A stretch of DNA of 63,544 bases, the filler included, from Caldilineae bacterium (GTDB lineage Bacteria > Chloroflexota > Anaerolineae > DTLA01), in assembly GCA_037446815.1 (NCBI GenBank). It is 3 parts of 3 records of this genome, joined end to end, with 100 filler letters (N's around TTAATTAATTAA, not from the genome) between each part and the next. Parts side by side here need not be neighbours in the genome. Positions count along the whole stretch, not along the records: positions 24,895 to 49,485 come from JBBIHX010000032.1; 2 more parts are not named here. One strand, given 5' to 3'. The stretch's first letter is position 1; the number at the start of each line of letters is the position of its first letter. Made by a program: the position numbers and the translations under genes. This document shows, in pieces, positions 26,171 through 36,165 of the stretch. Under the pieces are notes generated by a model. It had not been told where the DNA came from, made no database searches, and saw only the letters and a program-made list of their open reading frames with translations.

Positions 26171-28684
26171 GTGCAGGAGCGGTTGGGTGAGTTCTATCTC
26201 GGCAAGAAATACGACATCCAGTCCCGACAGGTTCTGGACGAGCCAATCCTATACGATGCCCGCGACTTGACGACGCACGCTGTGTGCATCGGCATGACCG
26301 GCAGCGGCAAGACCGGCCTGTGCATAGACCTGCTGGAGGAAGCCGCGCTGGACGGGATTCCCGTCGTCGCCATTGACCCCAAGGGCGACCTCACCAACAT
26401 GCTGTTGACCTTCCCCGACCTCCAACCGTCGGACTTCCTGCCCTGGGTCAACGCCGACGACGCGCGCCGCAAGGGGCTGACGGAGCAGGCCTACGCGGAG
26501 CGCACGGCCAAGCAGTGGGCCGACGGGCTAGCCCAGTGGGGCCAAGGCCCCGACCGCATTCGTCGCCTCCGCGAGTCTGCCGAATTCGTTATCTTCACGC
26601 CCGGGAGCGAGGCCGGAATCCCCGTGAACGTCCTGCGAAGCCTGCAGGCCCCCGGGAGCGCCATCGCCGACGATCCCGAGGCCATGGTGGACCGAGTAGA
26701 GGGAACGGTGTCGGCGCTGCTGGGGCTGGCGGGCATCAAGGCCGACCCCATCAAGAGCCGCGAGCATATCCTGCTGTCCACCATCTTCCAGAACGCCTGG
26801 CAGCAGGGCCAGGACATGGACATCGCCAAACTCATCGCGGCAATCCAGAACCCACCCGTGCGCACCATCGGCGTCTTTGACGTGGACACCTTCTTCCCGC
26901 CCAAGGAACGCTTCGGCCTGGCCATGGCCCTGAACAACATCATCGCCGCGCCCAGTTTCCAGTCCTGGACCCGCGGCGTGCCGCTGAGCCTGGCCGACAT
27001 CCTCACGACGCCGGACGCGAAGCCCCGCGTGTCCATCTTCTACATCGCCCACCTCAGCGACGCCGAGCGTATGTTCTTCGTTACCCTACTGCTGGAAGAG
27101 GTGTTGAACTGGGTGCGGCAGCAGACCGGCACCACCAGCCTGCGCGGCATCCTGTACTTTGACGAAGTCTTCGGCTACTTCCCGCCGGTGGAGAACCCGC
27201 CCTCCAAGAAGCCCCTGCTAACCCTCATGAAGCAGGCGCGGGCCTTCGGCTTCGGCATGATGCTCACGACCCAGAACCCCGTGGACCTGGACTACAAGGG
27301 CCTCACCAACGCCGGCACGTGGATGATCGGCAAACTCCAGACCGACCGCGACAAGATGCGCGTGCTGGAGGGAATGCAGTCGGCGTCGGCCACGGCGGGC
27401 CAGATGACCGACCCCGCCTACCTGGACAAACTCATCTCGTCGCTGGATTCGCGGGTGTTCATCCTGCACAACGTGCACGCCGCCGGGCCCGAGGTGTTCA
27501 TGACCCGCTGGGCCATGTCCTACCTGCGCGGCCCGATGACCAAGCCGCAGGTGAAGGCGCTCATGGACCCCATGCGCGACCGATTCCTCGTGGGGCCGAC
27601 GGCGGTCCCCGCGGCTGCTCCCGGCGAGGCGAGTGCCGCGCCTGCCATCGCCCCGGTCGCGGGCCTCCAGAAACAACCGCCGCCCGTGGAAGCCGGCGTC
27701 GTTCAGGTATTCCTGCCAGTGGAGACCTCGCCCCAGGAAGCCGTGTCTGCCTACTCGGCCACGGCCGTCCGGCCTGTGATCATGAAGAGGAGCGCGCTCC
27801 GCTACACGCCCATGGCGCTGGGCCACGCCCTCGTGCGCTTTGTGGCCACGGCCCAGGGAGTGGACACGCAGAAAGAGTACTGCCTGCTCCTGGAGCCGCC
27901 CGCCGAGGGCCGAGGCGTGGACTGGCGCGCCGCCACCGAGTGCGCTGCGGACGTGCGGAGATTGCCCTCCTACCCGCCGCAGGAGGCGCTGTTTGAGCCG
28001 GTGCCCTCGTCGGTGGCGCAGGCCGCGGACTTCAAGGCGCTGGCTGCCGCGCTGCAGGACTACCTCTACCGCACGGCGACCCTCACGTTGCGCTACAACC
28101 GCACGTTGAAACTCTACTCGCGCCCCGACGAGTCGGAGCGCGAATTCGCCATCCGATGCCAGGACGCGGCGCGGCAGAAGCGCGACGACGAGGTCGCCAA
28201 GGCTACCGCCACCTACGAGCGAAAACTGGAGCAGTTGCAGGACAAGTTGCGCCGCGAGGAGCAGAAACTCGCCAAGGATGAGGCCACCTACAGCGGCCGC
28301 AAGACCGAGGAAATCCTATCCGTCGGCGAATCCGTCGTCGGGTTCCTGCTGGGGCGGCGCTCCACCCGCGTCCTCTCCACCGCCAGCCGCAAGCGGCGCA
28401 TGACCGCCGAGGTCAAGACGCGCATGGAACAGACCAAGGAGACCATCGCCCTCCTGCAGAAGGAAATCGCGGAGATGGAGCAGGAGCGCGACCAGGCCAC
28501 GAAGGCCATCACCGAACGCTGGGCGGCCATCGCCGAAGAAAGCGAGACGACCGAGATCCGCCCGCGCAAGACCGACGTGCTGGTGGACCTCGTCGCGCTG
28601 GCGTGGGTTCCGCAGTGGCTCATCGTGGGCGAGACGCCCGAAGGCACGCAGCAGGAGGTCGTCCTGCCCGCGAGACGGGATTAG
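26171..28684 (+). CDS. HerA/FtsK-like (DUF87/DUF853) P-loop ATPase with C-terminal coiled coil
   Basis: GMTGSGKT, IDPKGD, YFDEVFG, KQARAFG and TQNP. Confidence 0.8.
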   Translation: MQERLGEFYLGKKYDIQSRQVLDEPILYDARDLTTHAVCIGMTGSGKTGLCIDLLEEAALDGIPVVAIDPKGDLTNMLLTFPDLQPSDFLPWVNADDARRKGLTEQAYAERTAKQWADGLAQWGQGPDRIRRLRESAEFVIFTPGSEAGIPVNVLRSLQAPGSAIADDPEAMVDRVEGTVSALLGLAGIKADPIKSREHILLSTIFQNAWQQGQDMDIAKLIAAIQNPPVRTIGVFDVDTFFPPKERFGLAMALNNIIAAPSFQSWTRGVPLSLADILTTPDAKPRVSIFYIAHLSDAERMFFVTLLLEEVLNWVRQQTGTTSLRGILYFDEVFGYFPPVENPPSKKPLLTLMKQARAFGFGMMLTTQNPVDLDYKGLTNAGTWMIGKLQTDRDKMRVLEGMQSASATAGQMTDPAYLDKLISSLDSRVFILHNVHAAGPEVFMTRWAMSYLRGPMTKPQVKALMDPMRDRFLVGPTAVPAAAPGEASAAPAIAPVAGLQKQPPPVEAGVVQVFLPVETSPQEAVSAYSATAVRPVIMKRSALRYTPMALGHALVRFVATAQGVDTQKEYCLLLEPPAEGRGVDWRAATECAADVRRLPSYPPQEALFEPVPSSVAQAADFKALAAALQDYLYRTATLTLRYNRTLKLYSRPDESEREFAIRCQDAARQKRDDEVAKATATYERKLEQLQDKLRREEQKLAKDEATYSGRKTEEILSVGESVVGFLLGRRSTRVLSTASRKRRMTAEVKTRMEQTKETIALLQKEIAEMEQERDQATKAITERWAAIAEESETTEIRPRKTDVLVDLVALAWVPQWLIVGETPEGTQQEVVLPARRD

Positions 28685-28695
28685 GCGTCGTCTTC

Positions 28696-28729
28696 ACGTG
28701 CGACGCGCCTTCGGAGGTGCGTCGCACGT
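28696..28729. repeat. Family A REP palindrome
   Basis: ACGTGCGACGCGCCTTCGGAGGTGCGTCGCACGT. Confidence 0.75.
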
Positions 28730-28758
28730 AGAGGTCGCCCGTAGAGACGGCAAGCACG

Positions 28759-28908
28759 GAGCCGGTTTCCTCTTGTGTTGGTGAACCGTAGGCGCACTCT
28801 CCTCGTGTGTCATTGCGAGCGAAGCGAAGCAATCGCACGCCCCGGAGATTGCTTCGGGCGCTCTGCGCCCACGCAATGACAAATACCAACAGACTTTGGA
28901 ACCGAATC
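28759..28908 (+). mobile_element. 150-bp MITE copy 2
   Basis: Near-identical to 2560-2709, with a slightly degenerate left TIR. Confidence 0.7.
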
Positions 28909-28916
28909 GGCATCTA

Positions 28917-29066
28917 GAGTCGGTTTCATCTTGTGTTGGTGAAACGCATGGACACTCTCCTCGTGTGTCGTTGCGAGCGAAGCGAAGCAACCTCACGCCC
29001 CAGAGATTGCTTCGGGCGCGGAGCGCCCTCGCAATGACAAATACCAACAGACTTTGAAACCGAGTC
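28917..29066 (+). mobile_element. 150-bp MITE copy 3
   Basis: GAGTCGGTTTCA...TGAAACCGAGTC, with GGCATCTA on both sides. Confidence 0.75.
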
Positions 29067-29076
29067 GGCATCTACC

Positions 29077-29430
29077 GTCATTCTGAGCGGCGGAGAGCGA
29101 AGAATCTCGCCCCTCACCCCGGCCCTCTCCCGAAGGGCGAGGGCGTATCGCCTTCGGCTCAGCATGACAGAGCGGGGAGGCGGCGTGCGGGGCAGACCAA
29201 CACAAGATGGAACCGAGTCGGCCGAGGCGAGGGCGCAAGGCCCATTGGAAACCGCCATTGGCGTGGGGATGGCAGGAGAGCCGAAATCCACCGCCGAGCA
29301 CACAGAGTGCGGAGAAAATCAGAATTCCTCTGCGTCCTCTCTACGACTCTGCGGTGAGTCAATCTGCCGCAAGATCGGCCAAAACGGAAACGCTGTGCCC
29401 CTTTCCCCATTCGCGTAGATTCGCGTTATC
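29077..29430. repeat. Composite REP cluster with orphan MITE end (29196-29219)
   Basis: GTCATTCTGAG...CTCAGCATGAC encloses a family E unit. ACCAACACAAGATGGAACCGAGTC is a reversed MITE left end. A CACCGC..GAG...CTCTGCGGTG hairpin follows. Confidence 0.65.
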
Positions 29431-30085
29431 CGCGGATACGTCGCGGCGCAGTGTCGTCCTGTGGCTCCTCTCCCCGCTTGTCCCAGTCCTCCGGCTCCAG
29501 CAGGTATCGCACCGCCACCGCGCCGATGACGGACACGACGGCAAACAGGAACAGCGCCGCCAGCACCCCCGACAGCACCATCCCCGCCGCCACCAGCACC
29601 ACCACCGCCAGCAGCACCAGGTTGAACAGCGGCCGCGACACGGCCAGAATGGCCGCGTTCTTGAACAGCGCCTTCACCCCCTTGTCCCGCTGGTACACAA
29701 GCAGCGGAAACAGGTAGAACTGAATCGCCAGCCACACGAATCCCACAAACGCCCACAGGATGACCAGCAACCGCAGGTAGGGGTCGGTCTGCTGACCGTA
29801 GAAGAGCAGATTGATGGCCAGCAGGAACCATCCCGCCAGCGAGGGGATGGCAACCTTCCAACTGTGCCACAAGTACATGCGAAAGCCTATCCAGAAGTCG
29901 CGGGGCGCGAAGGCCAGGCCGTGGGCCACGCGGTGCGCGACGAACGCCGCCCCCGCCAGCGCGGGCGGAATCGTAACGACGGGCAGGCACATGAGCAGCG
30001 TAAACGAATTGACCCCCATGAGCATGAACATGTCGTCGTACACGTCGCGCAGGCCGCGCCACACGACCCGAAACGCATCAACCAC
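29426..30085 (-). CDS. Membrane protein, DUF624/YesL-like
   Basis: Multiple TM segments, plus LPVVTIPPALAG and YLFPLL patterns. GTG start overlaps the upstream stop. Confidence 0.6.
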   Translation of the reverse strand: MVDAFRVVWRGLRDVYDDMFMLMGVNSFTLLMCLPVVTIPPALAGAAFVAHRVAHGLAFAPRDFWIGFRMYLWHSWKVAIPSLAGWFLLAINLLFYGQQTDPYLRLLVILWAFVGFVWLAIQFYLFPLLVYQRDKGVKALFKNAAILAVSRPLFNLVLLAVVVLVAAGMVLSGVLAALFLFAVVSVIGAVAVRYLLEPEDWDKRGEEPQDDTAPRRIRG

Positions 30086-30971
30086 GGCGCGGCTCCCTCT
30101 CCGCCAGGTGCAGGGCAACGAACAGCCACGGCGCGAGCCAGCCGGCCCACACTCCCACCAGCGCGTACCGCACAAAGCGGAACACGTCGCCCTCGGGGAA
30201 GACGAGTTTCAGCCCCAGGTACAGGGCCAGCAGGGGAATCACGCCGACGACGAATCGCAGGACGCGCCTCCACCATGCGCCCTCGGTGCGGAACCGCACG
30301 AAGTGCTCCTCCAGCACGAAGCCCGGCAGCATCCCAAAGGCGACGCCCGTAATCAGCGCGGTGCCTTCCGACGGGTGCAACGCGAACAGAATCACCGGCA
30401 GCGCCAGCGCGATTCCCAATTGAACGCTCAGCGAGAGGATGATCCCCCGCGCGACCCGCCGAAGCCAGAAATACACCCCCAAGAGGACGATGCCGATAAC
30501 CCAGCCGCCAAGCACATCCTGCGGGAAGTGCACGCCCAGGTAGATGCGCGACAGCGAAATGAGCAGAATCAGCACAACGGAGACGATCCACATCCAGCGG
30601 CGGCGCACCAGTGCCCCCATCGCGCCCCATAGCACCAGCGACCCTTGCGCGTGGCCGCTGGGGAACGACGGGCTCGTCTCGGGCAGCGGAGCGCGGATGC
30701 GCGTGTCAAAATCATGTGGGCGCGGCAAGCCGAAAGCGTCCTTCAGCAGCGTGTTCACGTACTCCGAGAGCAGGAACACGACCGACAGCGCCCTCCCCAG
30801 GTGCTTGTTGATGCACCAGTATAGAACGGGCAGGAACAGCATGTAGAACTGCTCCTTGCCCAAGTACGTGGCGACGGTGAATACCGCATCCAGGACGCTG
30901 TTGGAGAACTGCTGCACCCAGACGATGGCGTCCGCCCCCCAGGGCATGAGCGACCTCAGGAATTCCACCAT
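30078..30971 (-). CDS. PAP2-family phosphatase
   Basis: KDAFGLPRP, SFPSGH and SRIYLGVHFPQD. Confidence 0.9.
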   Translation of the reverse strand: MVEFLRSLMPWGADAIVWVQQFSNSVLDAVFTVATYLGKEQFYMLFLPVLYWCINKHLGRALSVVFLLSEYVNTLLKDAFGLPRPHDFDTRIRAPLPETSPSFPSGHAQGSLVLWGAMGALVRRRWMWIVSVVLILLISLSRIYLGVHFPQDVLGGWVIGIVLLGVYFWLRRVARGIILSLSVQLGIALALPVILFALHPSEGTALITGVAFGMLPGFVLEEHFVRFRTEGAWWRRVLRFVVGVIPLLALYLGLKLVFPEGDVFRFVRYALVGVWAGWLAPWLFVALHLAEREPRRG

Positions 30972-31146
30972 TGTGCCACCTCCTTATGCGCGTATGAGGT
31001 TACCGGAACACCGCAGGCCAGGCCCCAGTCCTGTTCCATCTGCCCAGAAGGAGCGCAGGGACGACGCAATCCCCCGTCGCGCTCGCGTGGTGGTTTCCCC
31101 ATGTGCGACGGCTCGCAACGACGCGGTGCGGCGGCCCCGTGCCGCA

Positions 31147-32226
31147 CTACACAGCGGTTACCACCGCGTACACCAGATCGGCGGCGGCCAGCAGGTCGGA
31201 AATCGCGATCTGCTCGGCGGTGGTGTGCACGTTCGCCATGCCCGTGCTCGTAACGACGCACTGAATCCCCTTGGCGTTGTACACATTGGCATCGCTGCCG
31301 CCGCCCGACGAGGTCAGAATCGGCTCCAGGCCGATGCGCTTGCACACGTCGGCGAGGTGGCGAATCCACGGGTGATTGTTGGGCAGGTAGTACGCCTCGT
31401 AGGAACGGGTAACGTGGACATCGGCCCTGGCCCCGTGTTTCGCCGCGGCCGTTTCAAACGCCTTCACCATCTTGGCCGTCTGCGCGGCCAGTTTCTCGCT
31501 CTTCAGGCTTCGGGCCTCTCCGGCAATCTCCACGCGGTCGGGGACGATGTTGGTGGCCACGCCGCCCGCGATCTTGCCGATGTTGGCGGTCGTCTCGGCG
31601 TCTATGCGGCCCAGCGGCATCTTGGCGATGGCCTCCGCAGCCACGAGGATGGCGTTGACGCCCTTCTCGGGGTCAGTCCCGGCGTGGGCCGCCTTGCCGT
31701 GGATGGTTACCGCCAGCGAGTCCTGGCACGGGGCCTGGCGCACCAGCGTGCCGATGGGCCCGCCGGAATCCAGCACCAGCCCCACCCTGGAGCGAAGCGC
31801 GGACACGTCCAGCCGTTTCGCCCCGACGAGCCCGCCCTCCTCGCTCACGCTCAACACGATTTCCAGGGGACGGTGGCGGTCGCCCGTGGCCCGCAACCGC
31901 CGAAGGGTCTCCAGGATGAGGGCGATGCCCGACTTGCAGTCGCCGCCGAGGATGGTCGTGCCGTCGCTGGAGATGATGCCGTCCTGAACGCGCGGCTTGA
32001 TGCCTCGGCCCGGCTCCACCGTGTCCATGTGCGCCGAGAGCAGGAGCGGCTCGCCCTCGCCGTCCACCGTGGCGATGACGTTGCCGGCGGCGTCGGCCCA
32101 CGCATGCGCGCCCAACTCATGGAGCATGGCGAGCAGAGTCTCCGCCAGCCGCTGCTCGTGCCCTGTCGGGCTGTCAATCTGAACCAGGTGCAGGAACGTG
32201 TCCACAATGGGGGGATTCTCGGTCAT
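31147..32226 (-). CDS. M20 peptidase T-like protein
   Basis: SAHMDTV, LGGDCKSG, SEEGG and GGGSDAN. Confidence 0.88.
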   Translation of the reverse strand: MTENPPIVDTFLHLVQIDSPTGHEQRLAETLLAMLHELGAHAWADAAGNVIATVDGEGEPLLLSAHMDTVEPGRGIKPRVQDGIISSDGTTILGGDCKSGIALILETLRRLRATGDRHRPLEIVLSVSEEGGLVGAKRLDVSALRSRVGLVLDSGGPIGTLVRQAPCQDSLAVTIHGKAAHAGTDPEKGVNAILVAAEAIAKMPLGRIDAETTANIGKIAGGVATNIVPDRVEIAGEARSLKSEKLAAQTAKMVKAFETAAAKHGARADVHVTRSYEAYYLPNNHPWIRHLADVCKRIGLEPILTSSGGGSDANVYNAKGIQCVVTSTGMANVHTTAEQIAISDLLAAADLVYAVVTAV

Positions 32227-32242
32227 CGTTTCCGTCTCCTTG

Positions 32243-32392
32243 GAGTCGGTTTCATCTTGTGTTGGTGAACCGTAGGCGCACTCTCCTCGTGTGTCATTGC
32301 GAGCGAAGCGAAGCAATCCCACGCCCCGGAGATTGCTTCGGGCACTGCGTGCCCTCGCAATGACAGCCACCAACAAACTTTGGAACCGACTC
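32243..32392 (+). mobile_element. 150-bp MITE copy 4, directly upstream of the peptidase RBS
   Basis: GAGTCGGTTTCA...TGGAACCGACTC, flanked by TCTCCTTG / TCTACTTG. Confidence 0.75.
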
Positions 32393-32501
32393 TCTACTTG
32401 AGTCCGATTGTACCACCTCGTCGCTGCGACGATGCGCGACCGAACGCTGCCGATTCGGCCCGGCGCGCTTCGGGCGCAGTCCGGTCGCCCGTGGCCCGCG
32501 A

Positions 32502-33956
32502 TTACGCCTCCGCCGGTGTCATGCCTAGCCGCGCCGCCGCCACGGCCAGCCCCACGTAGATCCAGAAGAATGACACCGAATGCGGGAAATCCAGATTGAA
32601 GAAATAGTGATCCAGCAGGCCGCCCGTCATGATGCCCACCAGCGCCCCCGCAAGCCCCAGCAGCGCCGCCTCGTAGGTGCGGCCGATGCGCCTGCGCCAC
32701 CCGCGCCACATGTAGGCGAAGGCCGTGCCCACGACGATGAGGAACAGCGCCAGGCCGATGAGGCCCGTCTGCTCCGCGATCATCAAGTACACGTTGGACA
32801 CGCCGATGTACAAATCAATGTCCGGCGTCCCTGCAAACCCCACGCCCAGCCACGGGTAGCGTGAAATCAGGATGAGCGCGTCCTTGTATTCCCCGAAGCG
32901 CATCTGGGTCGCCAGGTCTTCTCCGCGCACGCCCTCTATGAAATGCGCGATGTACGCCTGGGTGCTGGGCAGCAGCAGAAACAGGATGCCCGCCACCGCC
33001 ATCAGCAGCAGCACCTTGCGGTAGCGGGCCGCCCCCATGACCATCAGCCCCACGGCCAGCCCCACCATAGACCCGCGCGAATACGTCAGAAACAGGCACA
33101 GCCCCATGAACGGGAGCATCCCCCACACCATCCAGCGCGGCAGCACAGGCCGCTCGGCGAACACCTGCGCCGCCGTAACCGCCGTGATGAGGATCATCAG
33201 GCTCCCCAGCAGGTTCGGGTTTACCGATGTGGAAATAGCCCGCATGGGCAATTCGGGGTTATCCTCCACGTACTGGATGATGTCCGCGCCGGTGGGATAG
33301 TTGAACCGACCCAGCGCCGACAGCAGCCGAATCGTCGTCCCCTCGGGCAGGTAGTAGAACACCACGCCGAGGAACGCCGACGCGAACCCGGCCAGGATGA
33401 TGGCCCGCAGAATCCAGTCCAGGTGGCCCTTCGTCCGCACGATGTTGACCACCACGTAGAACAGCCCCAGCGCCATGATGACCTCGGCGAAGCGGCGCAG
33501 GATACTGGCGGTGGGCCGCGCGTGGGCCAGCCCCGCGATGAAGGCCACGATGGCCAGGAGGATGAACAGGAGCAGCGGGAAAGCCACCGGCGTTGTGATG
33601 AAGTCGCGCTGCTTGCGCCTGGCCAGCCGAAGGAGCCACACGACGTACACGGCCAAGAGCGCCACGTCCAGGAACGTGGGCGAAAACCCGATGGGTAGCG
33701 GGATGGCGGCGAAGGGCAGCAGGCAGATGATGCCGATGGCGGCGATAAGCCCGACGTACACGCTGCGCAGCATGATGAGGCCCACCGCAGCCGCCATCAC
33801 CGCCGCGATAGCGTACAGCGGCCCCAGCAGCCCGATGAGCGCGCCCACCACGCCGCCGACCGCCACGCACAGCAGGATGACGGCCACGACCCCAGCCCGC
33901 GTGTCGGCGGCGAACCACTCTTCGTACCACTTGGTTGGCGCGAGATGGTGATCCAT
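32502..33956 (-). CDS. O-antigen ligase / Wzy_C-like membrane protein
   Basis: Many TM segments, with NPN, TYSRGS and PWLGVG motifs. Confidence 0.75.
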   Translation of the reverse strand: MDHHLAPTKWYEEWFAADTRAGVVAVILLCVAVGGVVGALIGLLGPLYAIAAVMAAAVGLIMLRSVYVGLIAAIGIICLLPFAAIPLPIGFSPTFLDVALLAVYVVWLLRLARRKQRDFITTPVAFPLLLFILLAIVAFIAGLAHARPTASILRRFAEVIMALGLFYVVVNIVRTKGHLDWILRAIILAGFASAFLGVVFYYLPEGTTIRLLSALGRFNYPTGADIIQYVEDNPELPMRAISTSVNPNLLGSLMILITAVTAAQVFAERPVLPRWMVWGMLPFMGLCLFLTYSRGSMVGLAVGLMVMGAARYRKVLLLMAVAGILFLLLPSTQAYIAHFIEGVRGEDLATQMRFGEYKDALILISRYPWLGVGFAGTPDIDLYIGVSNVYLMIAEQTGLIGLALFLIVVGTAFAYMWRGWRRRIGRTYEAALLGLAGALVGIMTGGLLDHYFFNLDFPHSVSFFWIYVGLAVAAARLGMTPAEA

Positions 33957-33978
33957 GTCCCTTCCAGTTGGCCTGCGC

Positions 33979-36165
33979 CTAGCGAACGGTGAACGCGCCC
34001 AGTATCACATATCCATCGGCCGCGCCCGGCCCGTCGCGCACGGGCAGCCCCTCGTGCGAATCGGTGCGGTACATTCCCGCCCTTATCATATACGCGCCGG
34101 GCGAAATTGGCGAATCCTGCCCCAGGATGTGGACATCCTCCACCACCTGCCCGGCCAGCCACCAGCGCGTGGGGTAATCCCCGCCCACGGGGATGCCATC
34201 ATGCTGGGCGACGATGTTGCCATCCCCATCCACCAGGTGGACAAACGCCGTGTAGTCCCCCAACGGCGCGGCAACGGCGCGCCAGTACAGGCGCACGGCG
34301 ATCTGCCCCTGGGCGTCGGGCACAGCCTCCGCGCGCCAGTCCACCAGTTCCACGGCCTCCCCCAGGCGCGCCAGCGCGGGAGCGTTTTCGCGCGCATCAG
34401 GCGCGGCGCTCACCAGCCGGGCCACCTCGCCCATGATGATCGTCGGGCGGCCCAGGCCGTCGTACACCGGCAGCCGCTTCCCCGTCTGAAAGTCGTACAG
34501 GCCGGCCGTCAGGCGGAGCACCGTCGGTGCCTCGGCGTTGTCGGCCAGCGGAACCCACACGTCGTAGCAGAACGCGCCCGACGTGTCCCAGTCCGACGTG
34601 GTGAGCCGCCCGCCGGCGGGGTAAGAATCCCGCTGGCCCACGATGGCCTGCCCGCGCCCCAGCAGGTGGACGTACACGCTGTAGTTCATCTCCGTGCGGC
34701 GCAGCGGCCGCCAGCACAGCGTCAGGGTCAGCGACTCGCCGGGGCGCACGGCATCGGGCCGGGCCGCGTACCCGAGCAAAATCGCCGCATCGCCAATGCG
34801 CGCATCCAGGCGGTTGAGCGAAGCGGGCAAGGCGCTCTCGGAAATCGTAGGCGGCGGCGCGTAGGCCGGGCGAATCGTGAACAGCGGCGCGCGGGCCGCC
34901 CAGAACAGAAACACGAGCGCGATGAGCGCCAACGCCGCGCCGCGCGCCCGCCGAGGCCAAATCCCCTCCCAGCCGGAAGCGAGGAGCACCGCCAGCGCGG
35001 GCAGCGCCGGGAACATCAGCCGCCCCTGCGACGCCAGCGTCCGCGCCGTCCACTGCACCAGGGCCGCGAGAATCATCAGCGCCCACACGGCCAGCCAGGC
35101 GACCGCGCGGGGGGTGCCTACCTCCCGACGGCGCACGACCCGCACCCCCCAGCCCGCCACCGCCGCCAGGGTCAGCAGGTTGAACGTGCGGTACATGGCA
35201 TCGGGCGCGGGGACGTTGAACCAGCCGAACAGCCCCCAAAACGAACCCGCAAGGCCGCGCAACTCGCCCCAGAGCGCGGCGAAAGAAACCTCCCCCGCGC
35301 GCCGCCCCATCATCTCCACCATGCGCGACGTCGCCGTGGGCTCGCCATACACCGCCGCGTTCCGCGCGAACCACCACCCCACAGCGGCCGCCCAGACAGC
35401 CAGCGCGATGCCCACATCGCGGAGCCAGGCGGCATCGCGACTGCGCCACGCCCGCCACACCCCTGCGAGCGCCAGCAAGGCCACAAGCCCCGCGCCCGAC
35501 AGTTTGGCTAGCGTCGCCAAGCCCGCCAGCGCGCCCAACGCCACAGCCCGGCGCGGCGAAGGCCCCAGCCGGAGATGCCGCGCCGTTGCCCATAGCCCCG
35601 CGGCGCACAGCGCGGTTACCAGGTTGTCGTTGTTCACCGCGCCACTGATAAACCCAAACTGCGGGAGAAAGGCCGCCATCGCCGCTGCCGCCAGCGCGAC
35701 GCCGCTCCCGAAGCCCACTTCTCCCGCCAGCAGGTACGTCATCCAGACCGTTACCCCGCCCAGCAGCACCGAGACGAACCGCGCCAGGTGCACCGCCAGC
35801 GCCGTCCCCCGCCACGGGAACCGCTCCGCTGCCGTGTGCGCGTAGGCATTCTTGTTGTCGGGGTACAGGGGCACGCCGATGGCCGCGTGGGGGTTGCGCG
35901 TCGCGACCCTCTCGGCGTCCGACGTGTCCACCAGCGCGATGGGTGCGGCGACGAGCGCGTAGTACAGCGGCGGCTGAGTGCCCTCCTGCGCCCAGCGCGC
36001 GCCCTTCTCGGCCACGGGCAGGCGTCCCGTCTGGGCCAGATAGCGGGCGTAGAAGAAATGCTCCGGCTCGTCCGGGGCCTCAAAGATGGGCGCCGCCACG
36101 CTGAAGCCAACGGCCACGGCAAGGTAGAGCAACAGGATTGCCGCCAAAACCCACCGCGCCCTCAT
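33979..36165 (-). CDS. GT-C fold glycosyltransferase (DUF2142/ArnT/PMT-like) with two C-terminal beta-sandwich repeats
   Basis: EAPDEPEH, QPPLYY, VNND and QGRL motifs. Start overlaps the upstream stop (ATGA). Confidence 0.7.
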   Translation of the reverse strand: MRARWVLAAILLLYLAVAVGFSVAAPIFEAPDEPEHFFYARYLAQTGRLPVAEKGARWAQEGTQPPLYYALVAAPIALVDTSDAERVATRNPHAAIGVPLYPDNKNAYAHTAAERFPWRGTALAVHLARFVSVLLGGVTVWMTYLLAGEVGFGSGVALAAAAMAAFLPQFGFISGAVNNDNLVTALCAAGLWATARHLRLGPSPRRAVALGALAGLATLAKLSGAGLVALLALAGVWRAWRSRDAAWLRDVGIALAVWAAAVGWWFARNAAVYGEPTATSRMVEMMGRRAGEVSFAALWGELRGLAGSFWGLFGWFNVPAPDAMYRTFNLLTLAAVAGWGVRVVRRREVGTPRAVAWLAVWALMILAALVQWTARTLASQGRLMFPALPALAVLLASGWEGIWPRRARGAALALIALVFLFWAARAPLFTIRPAYAPPPTISESALPASLNRLDARIGDAAILLGYAARPDAVRPGESLTLTLCWRPLRRTEMNYSVYVHLLGRGQAIVGQRDSYPAGGRLTTSDWDTSGAFCYDVWVPLADNAEAPTVLRLTAGLYDFQTGKRLPVYDGLGRPTIIMGEVARLVSAAPDARENAPALARLGEAVELVDWRAEAVPDAQGQIAVRLYWRAVAAPLGDYTAFVHLVDGDGNIVAQHDGIPVGGDYPTRWWLAGQVVEDVHILGQDSPISPGAYMIRAGMYRTDSHEGLPVRDGPGAADGYVILGAFTVR

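Noticed and set aside
28696..29430. Small ORFs (e.g. 28620-28913, 28694-29071, and similarly 2541-2807) as a protein family
   Set aside because: Their similarity comes purely from translating MITE/REP DNA. They have no RBS or domain signal.
30975..31146. ZTP (pfl)-like riboswitch upstream of the PAP2 gene on the minus strand
   Set aside because: It has loose echoes (TGGGGAAACCACC, GAGCGCGACG, CTGGGCAG) but lacks the ACTGGCG / CGCCTGGGC pseudoknot pair, and the downstream gene is not purine- or folate-related. cmsearch would settle it.
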